A stretch of 64,000 bases of DNA from Yuukianura sp. NJ FZ-2021 (lineage: Eukaryota). The stretch is taken from contig CM102289.1 of the NCBI GenBank assembly GCA_046563655.1, forward strand, positions 2,852,001 to 2,916,000, given 5' to 3'. The position numbers and the translations under genes are program-made. The notes beneath the pieces are model-generated. The model saw only the letters and a list, made by a program, of their open reading frames with translations, was not told the DNA's origin and ran no database searches. Shown here in pieces: positions 38,112 to 55,669 of the stretch. How positions within the stretch are numbered: the first letter of the stretch is position 1; each line of letters begins with the position of its first letter.

Positions 38112-39069
38112 CGTGATTAATGAAGGAGCTGAAAGACAAGATTTACAATTTAAAGCAAAACCAAAAAAAAAAAAAATTGAAAATTACGAGGAAGCTGTGA
38201 GTGGTTTACCTTGGTTTGTTTTACGGAATGTAGAGCATGAAAAGTTTGAGAAGGTTTGTTACCCTCCCTATCCATTTATACCAAATTTTGAAAGTACATA
38301 GTGGAAAATTTCGAGCTTCTAAAATTATTACTTTCTAAATTTGTTTGGGTTATTCCCTTTTTTGTGAAACGAAAAAAGAGCACCGATTTCAAAAGCGACG
38401 GGGATTTTTTGTCTAAAAAAAGTTTATGTTGACGAAACTACTGCAAGAACAATAGAAGGGGCCCCACATTTTTAAAACTGTATTTAGGTTTACTCTTTTG
38501 GTGAAATGGGTGGATTGTAAAACCCGAAAAATATAATCTGCAAACAAAGCACAGTTTCGAATTTGGTAGCTGAGTTGGCCATAAAAAACGTAAAGTAGGG
38601 GTGGGGTTGGAGGCTGAAATTTTGGCACAGCGTTGATGAAACGCGTAAAAGTAGTACATAGTATGATATCCAAAATTTTTGTGATGCTGCCCCGTACCTG
38701 TCTGAAGGATTTCTGGCCCGGTATTTAGCCACATTTTTTTTCTCACCACCATCTTGATTTTAATTTCCCAAAAAAATTCGTGGGAAAGTACCTACCTACC
38801 CAGTTTTTTTTCGGCGTGTTTATAAAAATTGGAGGTGAATAAGCGAATTTAAAAACCATTTACGTTTTAGTAATACTAACGCAGTACTGTTTCGAATTTT
38901 TGTGTTACTGTGTTTGCCCAAGTCCGGATTTTTTTCCTGGATATTTTATTTCAGCATTTGTTTATGTAACACAAATTTTAATTTCTAAACGCGGAAAAAT
39001 ACGATTTCAATTTTTGCGCCATTTGACAACTACTACATCGTTCTACCTATGATAAGATAACGTGCTAGG

Positions 39070-39245
39070 CGTAGCAGGTGAAATGGTCAGAAATATTTGG
39101 TCAGAAGTGAAATGATCAGAAGTGAAAAGGTCAGAATTCAAAAGATCTAAGGTTAGGTTTGGTTACGTTCCTTCCTTTTCTGACCTTTTTTTTCTGATCA
39201 TTTCGCTTTTGATCTTTTCACTTTCTGACCAAATCACATGGAACC
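39070..39245. mobile_element. Second copy of the 176-bp Mutator-like element
   Basis: 9-bp TSD CGTGCTAGG; inverted relative to 5834-6009. Confidence 0.88.
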
Positions 39246-39379
39246 CGTGCTAGGTATAGGCAGATCAAAGCAATAGCGATTGACCCTGGCAAGGTTAAAA
39301 ATTGCGAAAATACATATTATCCGTAAACAATTAATTTATGCAACTACACAATATTACATTTTATGTACATAAGTCCAAT

Positions 39380-41198
39380 TTATTTGATATATACGTTGAT
39401 GGATACTACGTTGTCATGGTACTTCTGGATAAGATTCATGGCCTTTTCGTCGTAACTGTTTGAGGATACCGGCTGAGAAGGATAAATAACCATTGAATTA
39501 TATTTCAAATTAAAATTTTCGAGAAACAAAATGTTTCCAGGTAAATATTTTTGACAAATTACCGGGTCATCGTGTGTGACAAAAGTGAGTCGTTGGAGTC
39601 GCTGTAGCCTTCCTGTGGCTGAAGCGTACAAAGCAGAACATATGCCGTCCGATATAAAATCAAGTTCAAGGTACTTCAGTTCTGAAAAAAACAACGATCA
39701 AGTACAACCCAAACTTTGGAAGTCAACTTTTTAATTTTTGATTGGGTTAAATATATTTTTCTTTACTTTTAATTTCTTGAATTGGATTCTTAGCAACACC
39801 AAATGTTCTTCCTTCCAAATTTTCGATTTGTCGAAGCACGTAGAGTGATCTATGGCGATTTAAGTTGTTTCTATAAGGTTCGCCAGTTAACACTTCCCAT
39901 GACGTTCCACTGATCTTTAAGTGTTCCAAGTGAGGTAAACTGGTGACCAAGGAGTAGAAAGCATCAAAATCTGAATGCAATGATAATGGTTGTTGACCAC
40001 TGCGATTTGTCCGTATGTATACACTAAGTTTCGTCAAGTTTGGAAATAGCAAATGTGAATCATTTGAAGTTATGTTTGTAACACTGGTCAAGCGAAGTTG
40101 ATGGACAGAGTAGAATGGGTTCGTCGACAGCTCAGGAAAGTCGTCATAATGACTTTCGTTTTGAAAAAACTTGAGTTTGGACAGCGGCAAAGTTTGAATC
40201 CAGTTCCAAATTGATGATTTGAGTGCCAGATCAAGTTCAGTGGGCAGCGAAATTGCAAGGGCAACAATTCGTGGTTGTGGATTTAAAGCCACAAGTTGGG
40301 TACAAACATTTTGAAATGCGTTTGTGATGATTCCAAGTCGAAGTTTTACTTTTGTTGAAGGTGAACGAAGAAGACGTAAAAAATTTGGCAGTTTTTGCAT
40401 TTCCGTTCTGTTCATAGTCTGTTCATGAAAGTTGCTATTTCTGCTGATTTCGTACGTTAGAGCCAGTGGAATGCCTGGATAATTGTAGTCGACTTCGCAA
40501 AAATATGGATAGTACAGTAGAGAAAGTACTTGTAGACGAGGAGAATGCTTGATAATGTTTTCAAATAACGCCGGTTCGGCAGTACGACTGCCGCAGAAGT
40601 CTAGTGCAAATTTGACCTTGAACTTCTTCAATCCTCGGAACGTTTGAGCACAGCTTGCTTCATCTGTGGCCGGAAATTCACATCCGTAGTTAACCACTAG
40701 ATACAGAGATGTTAAATTTGAAGTGCTGAATAGCAACGTGTGCACTGACTGTCCGTAATGTATTCCCCATGAATCACTTTTTACTTTCAAATCCGGATCT
40801 CTGAAAGTCCATCTCTTCCGAATGTTATGTATTAAACTGATTCCAGTAACTTCCGTACTTTTCAAAAAATCTTGAACTGTACTCAGAGCAATGTCTTGAT
40901 CAAACTCGAAAGCAAATTTTGAAAACGGAGTTGTCCCGTGAGTTGTGCGCATGAGCCATGTGAAGTACTTGACCTCGTTGTTGGTGCGGAAGTGAATTGG
41001 CTTGTGACATTTTCGTAGCACGTAAAATATTGCTTGCTCATCCTTCCAATTGCGACAAACGAGACGACAATTCAGAAGGTCGTTGATTGGCAGCCGCGAA
41101 AGTATTTGAACAAAAACCTAACAAAAAAATCTTTAAATAGAAAGAAAGAAGATTTTAAAATTAGTTAAAATAAAAAATACCTCCTGTGGAATCAGCAT
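39380..41198 (-). CDS. F-box protein with degenerate LRR-like repeats (start uncertain)
   Basis: LIPQE|VFVQILSRLPINDLLNCRLVCRNW F-box; LxxLxL repeats. Confidence 0.78.
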
Positions 41199-42075
41199 TT
41201 CCTGCAAATCTGTGGGTTTGATTTGATAATTCGAAAGTCCAAATTTTTTCTGTTCTGATTTTTATCTGCTTGGATATGCTTGGTAAGTTTGTTACTACAA
41301 AGTGAAAATTCTTTACAAAAAGAAAAATGAAAAAATGTTTTGAAAATGCCAAAGGGCGAACAATGCGTTAAAAATAAAATAAAAGCACTTGTATGTGTGA
41401 AGTCAAAAACTTCCGAAGCCCTTTTTTGGAAATTGCTCTTGGCTGAAGAAAATGCGGAAGTTCTTTGCATTACGAGTGCATTAGCAAAAACACAATTTTA
41501 CACAAAATATATTATGTATTTATATGTAATACAATATTGGCGGTCAGAAACAATATAAAACATTAAGTTAAAGTATAAGTTTGTATGCGCCTTATCACCT
41601 ATTGTCATATAATTCAATGCCATTGCTCCGAATGAATTCTCACGAAACTAATTGCTCCGAAAAGTAAATTGCTCCGAAATACTACTATATACCTAACCCT
41701 CAAGGTTTCTATAGCAACGGTTGCTTCATGTGATGTTTTTTCATTTTTGCAATTTTGGAAGGAAAAATATAAAAACCGAGGTATTGCTTAACCTTATGAA
41801 GCAACAACTATTCCGTTGCTATTGAAATCTTGCCTAACCCTAAGTAAATCCAAAATAAATTTCGTACATGCAGCAGAATATATTAAACGCTAGGATTTGG
41901 TTAATTTATTTCTTAAATTTCAATTTTGAAATCATGACAAACGGATCTTCACTGTCGCAATAAATGCTTTTAAGTTAGAATACACAAAATATTGATGCCA
42001 GGCGCTATCAGATATTGTTAAGTCCAAGGAGCGGTAAATCAACTATAATCTCGACCAACTAACAAATCGAAACGT

Positions 42076-43345
42076 TTATTGTCTTCCAAGTAGTAAAAAA
42101 TATTCGCTTCTTTTTGTCACATATGTATCCTCTGCACTTGTCTCGACTTTTAGAATGTTCATAATCCTGCAAAAAGTTTCAAAATAAAAGACTTACTTAG
42201 AAATAACTAAAAAAAAAATAGAAAACTTCTCTTTGACTCAATTTTTTAAACCTTTTAAAAACATTCAAACACTTTACCTCTGCTTGAACTCTGAAAGTAC
42301 TGTAGCTCCTACAGCATCTCCTTTCTTCTTGCACAATTCGCGATATGGCGACCAAGTTGAGACGTAGTTGAACACATCGGACACGCTAATATCAACCTCG
42401 TGATAAAAACTATCGTCTCTACAGTCGACCGAAAATTCATCGTCATCAAAATTTTTATTTTTTGTTCTTTTGAAAATATAATTTCACCTAACCTTGTCAC
42501 ATCGTTCAACGGCAGATCAATGTTTTTGTATCTCTCCAGAGCTAGAAGAAGTGCTGGTGGGCAAGGCCCATCCAATAGTGCCCCTTCTAACTGAAAATGA
42601 AAAAAAAAATTTTTTTGAATTTGTGTCTTTTATTGTTAACTTTCTACCTAAATCCTAACCTCTTGTAATGTGGCACATAGCTTCTCATTCTTTGAAGGAT
42701 CTTCCTTCCAGTGTAATTTGAAAAGTCCGTAGCCGTAAAGTGCCATCACTCCGTTGGGGCATAACACTCTTTTTGCCTCTTCGTAAAATTTGGGAAGATC
42801 AAACCAATGCGCTGCATGAGAAGCAGTGATCAACTGCACAGAGGAATTTTCGGCAGGAATTGATTCGGCCGGTGAAACTCTACAACACATGAAAGATTCA
42901 CGAAAAAATTTTTTTTGGAATCAAAAAAGAAAAAATTGGACACTGATTGTGAGATTTCAAATTCACATGCGGCCGGCCATGCGTTTGACCTTACTCAAAC
43001 TTGACGTTTTTTGAAGAATTATTTGCACGGGCTTCGGTGATCATCGCCTCGCTAATGTCCGTGCCAATGACTTTGTCAAAGTGTTTGGCCACACTGTGCG
43101 TGCTGATTCCTGGTCCACAGCCAACGTCAATGGCAAGCGTCAATGGTTGCTTATACTGTTAATAAACAATCATGGAAATTACTATAATGTTTTTTGCTTT
43201 TTAACTGTCATTTGTGAAAACTGTTTTATGCTACCTTTTCAACAGTGTAGTTGATTATCCGCTGAATCAGTTCTTCCGGTGCAGGTAGTCTGTACTTTAC
43301 ATAAATTTGGGCATGATCAGGTTCTTCAAATCGTCTGTGTGCCAT
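42076..43345 (-). CDS. Class I SAM-dependent methyltransferase (Methyltransf_11-like), 6 exons
   Basis: AIDVGCGPG; TDISEAM; AAHWFD..AKRVLCPNG. Confidence 0.88.
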
Positions 43346-43805
43346 TATTATCAAAATAATAAAAGTTGAAGAGATTTAAGACAGTGCAAGTATCAGTTTC
43401 CGACTAAACCAAAATCTGCTTCTGTAACTTTGGAAGGCACTTTCGAAGCTGATTAATAGTTTATCAGTAAACTTACAAGTTGGAACAATTTTGCCTTGAC
43501 AGTTATAACAAGTACTAACCTATGACTTCAACTGATAAGATTTTATGAAGTTTTCTGTTCCAATTTGTAGTTAGTTCTCTTTCGTAGGCTTTTTTTCATT
43601 TTAGACATTTTGAGACATTTCAAATGCTTCATCACTTTTAGAATGTAAACACACCATGAAACACTTTTAAAATACTAGTTCATTTGGGATGACGTTTTTG
43701 GCATGTCAGTTTTGGTTAGTAATTTATTACTATTTCAAATTAAAGAAAATTTGTTGCAGAAAGGTCGCAAGATTTATTTGAAACATTAAATTTTTGTCCT
43801 GTTTA

Positions 43806-46297
<2,492 letters not shown>

Positions 46298-47404
46298 TTT
46301 TGGTTTCGTCACTCACAAATTAACAACATTTAGGCAACTAACGCTATTTTAATTAACTGTATAGCTAAATTCACTTAACAATACTATTATGGTACCTTTG
46401 CACTGCAGTTGTCACACCATAACTTGGTGTGAACTTTGTATTATCTAATCTAGCCGCCTATTCAAACTAAACTTTGAAGTACTTGAATCAATTTTTCCAC
46501 TTTTTCCAAATCCAATTTCTCAGACTTATTTTTCAAAAAAACATTTGGAAAAAGGCTTGTTTACGTAAACGAAAGTTAAGAAATAGAACTAAATAGAAAT
46601 AAGAAATTGGTTCTGATCCCCAAACAGTTTATTTGTGTATTCAATTTCGTCAAATCTGTTTTTACTGAAAACAACAACTTGTATTAAGAGATTATTTTCG
46701 CTCTGCAATAAACTCTGGCTCATCGATCACTTTACTATCAAAATTTGATAATTTACTTATTCCTTTCAAAATTTCATAAAGTTCAAGGTCTTTTTTTTAG
46801 TAAACAAATAATACGCCAGAAGCGGTTATCTCCATCATATTCAAAAATTTTTGAGAAAAGAACGTTTATGAAATAGCTAAATTTCTCGGTTTATTTCCAG
46901 AATTATCTTCAAATTGCATTCTTGTCAAGTCTATTTCTAAGGCAAGAGCTTACATTGTTTTTGTCTTATTTGCACAATTTTTAGAATAGAGTTAAGAAAG
47001 CCTTACAACGTTGCAAAATTGTTCTGTTTGTCCAATCTCTACACACAAAATTGGGTTTTCTGCATACACTCATTATTGTAAACTCCCCTCGTCAACAAAA
47101 TCAATATTTTTATTATCAATTTTTTTTTATTTCAAAACAGTTTTCATCAAACAAAAACGATAAACATTTCCGATTTAAAGTTGGTTTAGATGACCTTACA
47201 TGCAATATTTCGAAATCGTTTTGTTGGTGTAAGCACAACAAAGAAAATTGGTTTTCCGCCTAACAGTAACAAACATGTGTACCTTTCTTTTCAATAAAAG
47301 ACTTGACTTTTTTCAAAACGACATGTGAAAGGCATTGAGGATTTTGAATCTTGGAGAGCTTTTTTTTCTTGATTAAGTTGTCATTTTTTTTGCATTGGAT
47401 TTAA

Positions 47405-49375
47405 ATGGAAATTGAAATGGAGGTGGGAGGTTATCCATCTCCTACAAGGTGTAACATTTCTGCGGAAACGCTTTCTTATTATATAAAGACCATGAAGCTT
47501 TTGATACTGATGCGGTCAAATCGATTCAAGATCAAATACTTAAAGTCTGCACGCAAAGTTCCGCAAATTCATCTGGGTCAAAGGTCGCTCAAAAATGTTG
47601 TTGTTGGTGACGTAGCAAGCATTCTTGGGTATTTGAGCGCAATCTTTGTGTTCTATGTTCCTTTTGTAAATGCCGTCGCTCAGAATTAGAGCTGTTCACG
47701 GTTCGGTTCCGAAACCGGAACTTTCGTCGGTTCCGGTTTCGTTTCGGTTTCGGTTCCACTGATTTTTGGAAACTGAAAATCGGTTCCGGTTCCGGTTCGG
47801 TTCCAGTTCCATTGTCTGGTGGGCCGGTTTCTTGATGAGGATGGAACCGGAACTGGTTGGCTGCCTCATATTGGCATTTTCGGGCTACTGTTCCAATTTT
47901 CTTCAATCAAACCGTGTAAAACCCAAAGAGCAATATGATTTCTACTGAAGAGGATCACAAACTGCTATCATATTATTAACTAAACTGCGAAACTAAGATT
48001 TCTTTGGCAATTTTTTGTTGATAATTCTGACTTTTCTGTCCAGTAATAATAATTTCGGTTCCGGTTTCGGATCGGTTCCGTTTCGGTTTCGGTTCGGTTC
48101 CGGGTCGGTTTCTTCATATTTTCTCGGTTCCGTTTCCTTTTTCCCGAGACCGGTTTCGGTTCCGTTTCCGTTTCTTCAAGGAACCGGAACCGGATGGAAC
48201 TTGAACAGCTCTACTCAGAATGACGTACCCATCATTCTGTTTACAATTTCACACGTACAGTTAGTTCAGTTTTTTCTCACGTTTAAGATTATGTTAATGC
48301 GTAACGACGCCAGGCTTATAGCGTTCATCAACGCATACTTAAGGAACTGCCTGGAGCGAGGTAACGACTTAAATATACACAATTTCGCTTAAATTCATCA
48401 TTTATAGGCAAACCGTTTTTTTTTTTGTCAGATTTTAGCATAAAAAAAGACGGTTTGGAAGTATTTTTCAAAATTCTTTACTGGGAAGTTGTATTTGCAA
48501 GCAGCTTTGGACTACCATACCTTCAAACACTTATCATCACTGACCAACCCTTTGGAAGAGGTGCAACTGCAACGATTAACATGTTTGTGGATTGGGAACA
48601 CAACAGCTTTGCAATGTACGCAGTCAAGGCCGTTTGGAGCGCATGGCTCTTCTATGGCTGCATAAACTGCGCGCACTGTTTTATATTTTACTGCTTCACG
48701 TCCATGCTCTACATCAATTCAACAAAAATTGCAGTAACCGACATAGGGTACGTATGACTACTTAATATACATATAGTACGTAGTATATATATTTGTACAA
48801 CATATAGTATATATTGTACAAAACGGATATCCGTAACGTTGTTCTACATATTCTTTATAGGTTAGGTTACATAATATGGCTTAGTTCTTTGTTTGTGATC
48901 TAGTGAAACTGGAGGTGAAATGGACACCACAGAAGCTGCCCAAATTTTCAAAGTCTTGGCGCTCAATACGAAAATTTTCAATTCCTGCTTTTCGACCTCC
49001 TTGGGCATACTGCACTTTGAGCTAGTTTGTGTAGTAATTTACCTCACATTTACCATCATAAAGTTCAGTTCAGTTACAGTTTTCATGGTAATTGCATTCG
49101 CACTGCTGAATGTCATTTGCGCATTGGCTGAGTGGATCATCCTAAGGCTTCTGGTTAGCTTGAGGTCGGCTTCGGTCAACACAATTGCAAATCTGCGTAT
49201 GCATGCTGACGCTGGTGATGCAACGTACATGAGTCATAAGAAGGCTTGGCGAGCTGCAAGACCCCTAGACGTTTGGGTAGGAAATTTATTTGTTGTGGAA
49301 AATTCGGAATTTGTGATTGCCCTATTTGGCACTATTGTCATTGGAAACATCATCAACCTCCTCCTGACTTTTTAA
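47405..49375 (+). pseudogene. 7TM chemoreceptor-like gene A1, exon 1 interrupted by a hAT MITE
   Basis: Paralog of 52484-53966; the insertion gives an immediate in-frame TAG. Confidence 0.8.
47687..48213. mobile_element. hAT MITE (527 bp) with GGTTCC/CGGTT arrays
   Basis: 12-bp TIR TAGAGCTGTTCA; 8-bp TSD CTCAGAAT. Confidence 0.93.
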
Positions 49376-50397
49376 TCTTAAAGGTTGCAATTCAAAGAAT
49401 TTTGAAAACAATGAATTTTTAGCACAACTCTTTAAAAGTTAGTTAACCTAAAAGTATTTAATTTTTAATTATTTGTTATATTTAAGCATCTAGAAGTAAT
49501 AGACATTCTATTTTTTATGAACTACTCAACCTGCCTTAAGAAGGCGAGTGTAAACACCTATGCAACATGTTGAAGAAAAAAGTATTTTCTTGTTTACGGA
49601 CCTTGGCAAAAGCCGCACTGGTTTCTTTTGTTCTGAAGTTCGAGAAAGACTTTCGCAAGCAAGTTCAGCAATTAATGAACTTTTTGTGCAGCACTGCCTC
49701 TTGGTAACTCGTCGAAGTAAAACATTCCAAGTTTGTAATAGCATCATTTGGCGTTATTGCTCCCAAATACATAATTCATTTGTTACTAGCATTCTTACTT
49801 ACACTATTAACTGGCAGTTTGTGTGCCATGTGAGGCCAGTTAACGATGATAATGATTTTATATCATTCGAAAATTCTGTTGAGAAACTAATGTAATATGG
49901 CAATTTTCCTTAGTTTGACAATTTTCTAAGGATCCACTGCTGCATTTTAACTAGCAACCTTTGCTAAAATCAATATTAGATCTATTTAAATGCTTCACTT
50001 TGCGGGTAAGTTTCTTTGGTTAATGCAACAAGAATAATCGGGTTGCCAATCTCATAATTTGATATTGATCTTAACACGATTAAGGAGTGCATAATAACCC
50101 AGTTTCATTCCAATAGGACTTAGTTGCGATGTCTACTTGAAAAACAACTAGAATTAAAAAGCTAAAATTGGTTTAATGAAAACCTGTCACCTAACAAAAT
50201 TATTTGGCACTTTCAGCCTTAGAAAATTGTGCTTTAATCGAATTTCTGCAGTTTTCATGAATATTGAATTCGGCTTCATAATAAAAGTCGTGGTTTAGTT
50301 AGTATAACAGACCTTAACTTTAACAGAAGAAAGCATTTGGTTTAACTTTTTTTTGTCAACTTGTGCACATTTGTTTCTTGTTAAGACTGTATTTGAA

Positions 50398-51822
50398 ATG
50401 GAAAATGTATGTAAGATTTCTGAGGCGACACTTGCCTACTTTGTAAAAATTTTGAATTTTTTGGCATTTATTCGCTCAAATCGATTCAATGTTAAGCTTG
50501 TTACTACTGCACACAGTGTTATTCCACAATTAAACCTAGGTCAAAGGTCACTCAGTAATTTTCTCATTGGAGATGTTTTAAGCCTTGTTGGACTTTTAAG
50601 TTCAGTCATGATTTTCTCCGCTCCATGTGTAAATGCCTACGTTGAGAAAGACGTGCTCATCATTCTATTTTCAACTTCAAACCTACAACTTGTGTTTCTA
50701 TTTTTTACTTTTAAATTTTTTTAATCTTTAATGACCACAGGATAATGCAGTTCATCAACTACTACCTGAAACACTGCTTTAAGCAAGGTAATAGTACGCT
50801 GGCACAGTTGCCTCGTGGTCTCTTTTATCAAATGCGTTTCAAAAATATTATATTTTTATATTATATTATTTAAATATTTTGCCATATTTTGATATTAGAA
50901 CCGCCGTATTCAAGAAAAAGGAAAGATGGTTTGGAATTATATTTCAAAATCATTTACTGGGAGGTTGTTTTTACAACTATTTCTGGACTAGCTTACCTTC
51001 TAACAATTACTATGACAGACCAACCGATAGGAAGAGGTGCAACTGCCGTTATCAATCTGTTTGTGACCTTGGAACACCGCAATTGGAAAATGTACTTGGT
51101 CAAGGTCATTTGGAGCATATGGCTAGTCTACAGCGCCTTAAACGGGTTTCTTTGTTTTATACTTTATTCCTTTGTGATCCTCTTATACATCAATTCAACA
51201 AAAATATCTGTTACCGCAATTGGGTAAATACTAAATATTTATTTACTTGAACCTATTTTATGTAATTATTTAATTGCTTTATAGTGTAATTCAAATTAGT
51301 GCATTTTATTCAATTAGTGACAGTTTTGGCGGAAGCGGACAAAAGGCTAGTCAGCAAGACACTGTAATGGATGCCATGGAAGCAGCTCGAGTTTATAAAA
51401 TTCAAGCAATTAACACGAAAATTTTCAATTCCTGTTTCTCAACTGCCTTGGGCACAATGCATTTTCAACTCGTTACTTTAATTATCTATCAAACTTTCTC
51501 CATAATCCAGTTTGGTTCAGCTACGGTTTTCCTTGTAATTGTATTTGCACTGATAAATTTTATTTGTGTATTGGCGGAGTGGATTATTCTACGACTGTTG
51601 GTTGGCCTAAGGTCATCCTCTGTCAAAACAATTGCAAATCTGCGATTGTATGCCAATTCAGGCTGTGTACAGGACAACAGTCTTAAAATGACTTGGCGCG
51701 CTATTAGACCTCTCGACATTTGGGTAGGCAATTTATTTGTAGTGGAATATCCTGAATTTGTGCTGGACCTCTTTGGTACCATTGTCATTGGGAGCATCAT
51801 CAACCTGCTGCTTACCTTCTAA
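50398..51822 (+). pseudogene. 7TM chemoreceptor-like gene B1 with a 1-bp deletion in exon 1 (or an assembly error)
   Basis: T7 run at about 50716-50722 is one base short relative to paralog B2, giving TAA. Confidence 0.65.
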
Positions 51823-52483
51823 GAATGTTGCATTTGCATTTAGCACTTTTTTGACATCTCACGCAGATACAATTCACTTCTGCTAAAGGTAGAACACATT
51901 ATGTTTGCACGCATGAACTTTATTTAAGCATTATTAACTTGCCATTGAAATCATTTTACCTAATTACCTTGTTACTCACTTTTTAAGTAGAAGTAATCAG
52001 TTGTCAATGCCGTAGCTAAGTAGCGAAATCTGGTAAACAACATCAAGTTCGTTGTCAAGCGTTATTTGTTTGCTTAGGCAAACTTTGTGTTTACATCACG
52101 TTTCTCTCCACCCAGCATTAAACAATTTTGAAAATAAACTTATGAAAAGTGTAGGGCGTTGTAAAATTGCTCTACATGTGTAACCTCGGAAAGGAAAATT
52201 GGCTTTTCTGCAAGAGTTTTTCAACCTTTTTCAACAAAATTTGTTTTGAACAATTCATCGTTTAAAGTATAATTTAATTCGGGAGTTCGGTTTGTTTGAG
52301 TAAGCAAAACAAATATAACTGGTTTTCGGCTTAGAAATAGCAAATATGTGTCCTTTCTTTTCAATAAAAGACTGTTTTTTTCCAAACGGCAAGTGAAACA
52401 CATTTCTTGAAAGTTGGCGAGCGATTTCTTTTGTTGATCAAATTTCTAATTTTGCCAAACCAATACTTTTGACTTAAAATAAA

Positions 52484-53966
52484 ATGAACATTGGAAGTTA
52501 TCCATCTTTGAAAACGCGTAACATTTCTGCAGCGACGCTTACCTATTATATAAAAACCGTAAAACTTTTGATACTGCTTCAGTCAAATCGGTTCAAGATC
52601 AAATACTTATCGTCTCCTCAAAAAGTTCCCCAAATTCATCTGGGTCAAAGGTCACTCAAGAGTACTCTAGTTGGTGACGTAGCAAGCATTCTTGGAATGT
52701 TGAGCTTAATCTTAGTGTTCTATACTCCACTTGTGAATGCATTGGCTCAAGGTGACGTGCTCATCATTCTTTTTACAATTTCACATGCACAGTTAGTTCA
52801 GTTTTTTCTTAAGTTTAAGATTATGTTAATGCGTAACGATGCCCCGGTTATAAAGTTCATCAACTCGTACTTACGGAGCTGCTTGGAACGAGGTTGCAAC
52901 TTAAATATACAAAATTTTAATAAAATTCATCATTTATCACTAAATCCTTTTTCATATTAGATTTTAACATCAAAAGAGATGGTTTGGAAGTCTTTTTCAA
53001 AATTCTTTACTGGGAAGTTGTACTTGCAAGCAGCTTTGGGCTGCCGTATCCTCTAACACTTTTGATCACAGACCAACCTTTCGGAAGAGCAGCAACTGCA
53101 ATTATTAACATGTTCGTAAATTGGGATCACAACAGTCTAACAATGTACGCAGTTAAGGCCATTTGGAGCGCATGGATACTTTACGGCTTCGTAAATTGCG
53201 CCCTCTGCTTCATATTTTACTCCTTCGCGTTCATGATCTACATAAATTCAACAAAAATCTCAGTAACTGAAATTGGGCATGCAGACTACTAAATACATAG
53301 TATATATACTATATGTAGTATATATATATAGAATATATAGTACATATAGTATAAGTAATAGATTATACATATACTATATACAGTATCTATAGTACGTATT
53401 GTGCGTATTGTGCGTAACGGATATCCGTAACGTTGTTCTACTATTCATAATATTTCACTTTCATAATATGACCTAGTTTTCTTTTGTGATCTAGTGAAAC
53501 TCGAACTGACATGGACGCCACCGAAGCTGCCCAAATTTTCAAAGTCCTGGCGCTTAATACTAAAATTTTCAATTCCTGCTTTTCAACCTCTTTGGGCATG
53601 CTGCACTTCGACCTTGTTTTTGTAGTAATTTACCTCACATTTACCATAATCAAGTTTCATACAGCTACAGTTTTCATGATGATTCCACTTGCATTGCTGA
53701 ATTTTATTTGTGCATTGGCTGAATGGCTCATCCTAAGACTTTTAGTCAGCATGAGAACAGCTTCCGTCACTACAATTGCAAATCTGCGACTGTTGGATGA
53801 TCTTGGTGGTGCAAGGCACATGAGTCATAAGATGACGTGGCGAGCTGCAAGACCTTTAGACATTAGGGTAGGGAATTTATTTGTTGTGGAAAATTCGGAA
53901 TTTGTGATTGCCTTATTTGGCGATATTGTCATTGGAAACATCATCAACCTACTCTTGACTTTTTAA
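52484..53966 (+). CDS. 7TM chemoreceptor-like gene A2, 3 exons; second donor is GC
   Basis: Hydrophobic exons; C-terminus IINLLLTF; donor GCATGC at 53277 versus GTACGT in A1. Confidence 0.68.
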
Positions 53967-54167
53967 ACGTCGGTATTGTTATCGAATGGATAATTGATTT
54001 GCTACTACCATCCTCACTTAAACTAACTAAGTAAGTGCACGATGTTAACCTAGATAACCATCATTTAGATTTTATTTCATTTGAGATTTTTCTTGAGAAA
54101 ACATATTGTATAAACATCACTGTAGCAATTTTACGTCACTTGGCAATGTTCTCGAGAGACATGCACT

Positions 54168-55212
54168 CAGTGTTCCCAGTTTCGGTCACTTTTTGAAATT
54201 TTGGTCTGAAATGTCCAAAACGACTGAAATGACCGAAATGTCCGACCAAAAGTCACAATGGGCTTTGCGCATGCGCCAGGCGCGAAACTCGACAATTTCA
54301 AATCCAAAATTTCTCTTTGGTTCTATTTTTCTTGTTTACATGTTCACTTTTCGCAATTCCCAGACCTAATTTAGTAAACAAATCGAATTAATTTGGAAAA
54401 TTAATTCGATTAGAGTGGTTTACTGCTAAATATACTTAAAAGAAGGTTTAATATAATTGATTCCTACTTCCTCCTCCTAAAATCAAACATCACTTTTACT
54501 CTAATTCTTAAATAATCTTGCGACTGACTTTGGTGGAAGTATCCCTTGCAACTATCGCTTGACCTGACCTTATCCCAAATGTGTCAGTGCTTGTCACTGC
54601 ACAATGTCAGCGCCATTTGGGTAAGGTAAGGTTGTAAAGGAAGTTCTGTATTTGTTCAAAATAAAAAGTTAAGGATAAACATTACAAAACTTGGTCCTGC
54701 CTTGCCACTTGGTGTGATGTGGAACAAGTACTGCTTTATTTGACAATTGACCTGTGTAGTACCTCTGCCATTGCACAGACGGATAGCCACTATGACGATT
54801 ACCTTAATGAATATGTCACTGGTTAATTGAGATGCACATGAGTCTTTGTAATTTTAGTTAGAAACAACTACTCTCCCAATTTTAGGAACACAAGTACTTG
54901 CCTGCGCTGACACTGATTTCTCAGGCACTGACAAGGCAAGTCACTGGTCCCTTCACCCTTGGTTGAGGTCAGGATTATCCTGAAAGTCAGGATAATGCTT
55001 TGAACAGTTGTTTGGAGCAGTTTTTGATAAATTACTATTTTCCTGGCTACTTATCTAAGTTTCAACCTGCAAATTCAAATAAATTCGCGCCCAATTTTGG
55101 TGAGAATACGTTTCGGTCATTTCGGTCGACTGAAAGGGGTCGGACCGAAATGTCCAAAAGACGCTTTCGGGCGGACGACTGAATTGTCCACTGACTGAAA
55201 CTGGGAACACTG
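54168..55212. mobile_element. hAT non-autonomous element (1045 bp)
   Basis: TIR CAGTGTTCCCAGTTTC[G/A]GTCA; 8-bp TSD CATGCACT. Confidence 0.92.
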
Positions 55213-55669
55213 CATGCACTGTATTCTAACAGGCAATTTTGGCGAAAATCAATATATAAATTGGTTTAAATACTCCGTTTTACAGTTAAATTTCTCTAGT
55301 TAGTATAACAAGAATAAACGTGTTTTGTCAGAGTCTTAAGCTGATATTAATCCTAACACGGACCAGAGTAATCGGCCAGTTTCACTCAAGTACGCCTTAA
55401 TTGCGCGCTCTGCGTTTAAAACAATACCAATTCAAAAGTTAAAATTGTTTAAGTGAAGGCATTTAACCTAACAACAGTGTTTGGTACTGTCAGTCCAAGA
55501 AAATTGGCTTTGCAGCGTAACAAGTGACAAATATTTCCATTTTACTTTTCAATAAAAGTCATAGTTTACTTGCAAATATGGAATTACTTTGATTTGAACA
55601 GGAGAAAGTGTTGGCTTTAATTTCCTCAAGTGTTGTGCACATTTGTTTTTAGTTGCAATCGAATTTGAA

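Noticed and set aside
38390..38820. Possible repeat element with overlapping short ORFs
   Set aside because: No TIR, TSD, second copy or protein motif found
41597..41850. TTGCTCCGAA repeats with CCTAACCCT motifs
   Set aside because: Probably a decayed MITE arm, but no second end or TSD could be defined
48015..48213. FGSGSV-rich ORF
   Set aside because: Translation of the MITE's GGTTCC/CGGTT repeats
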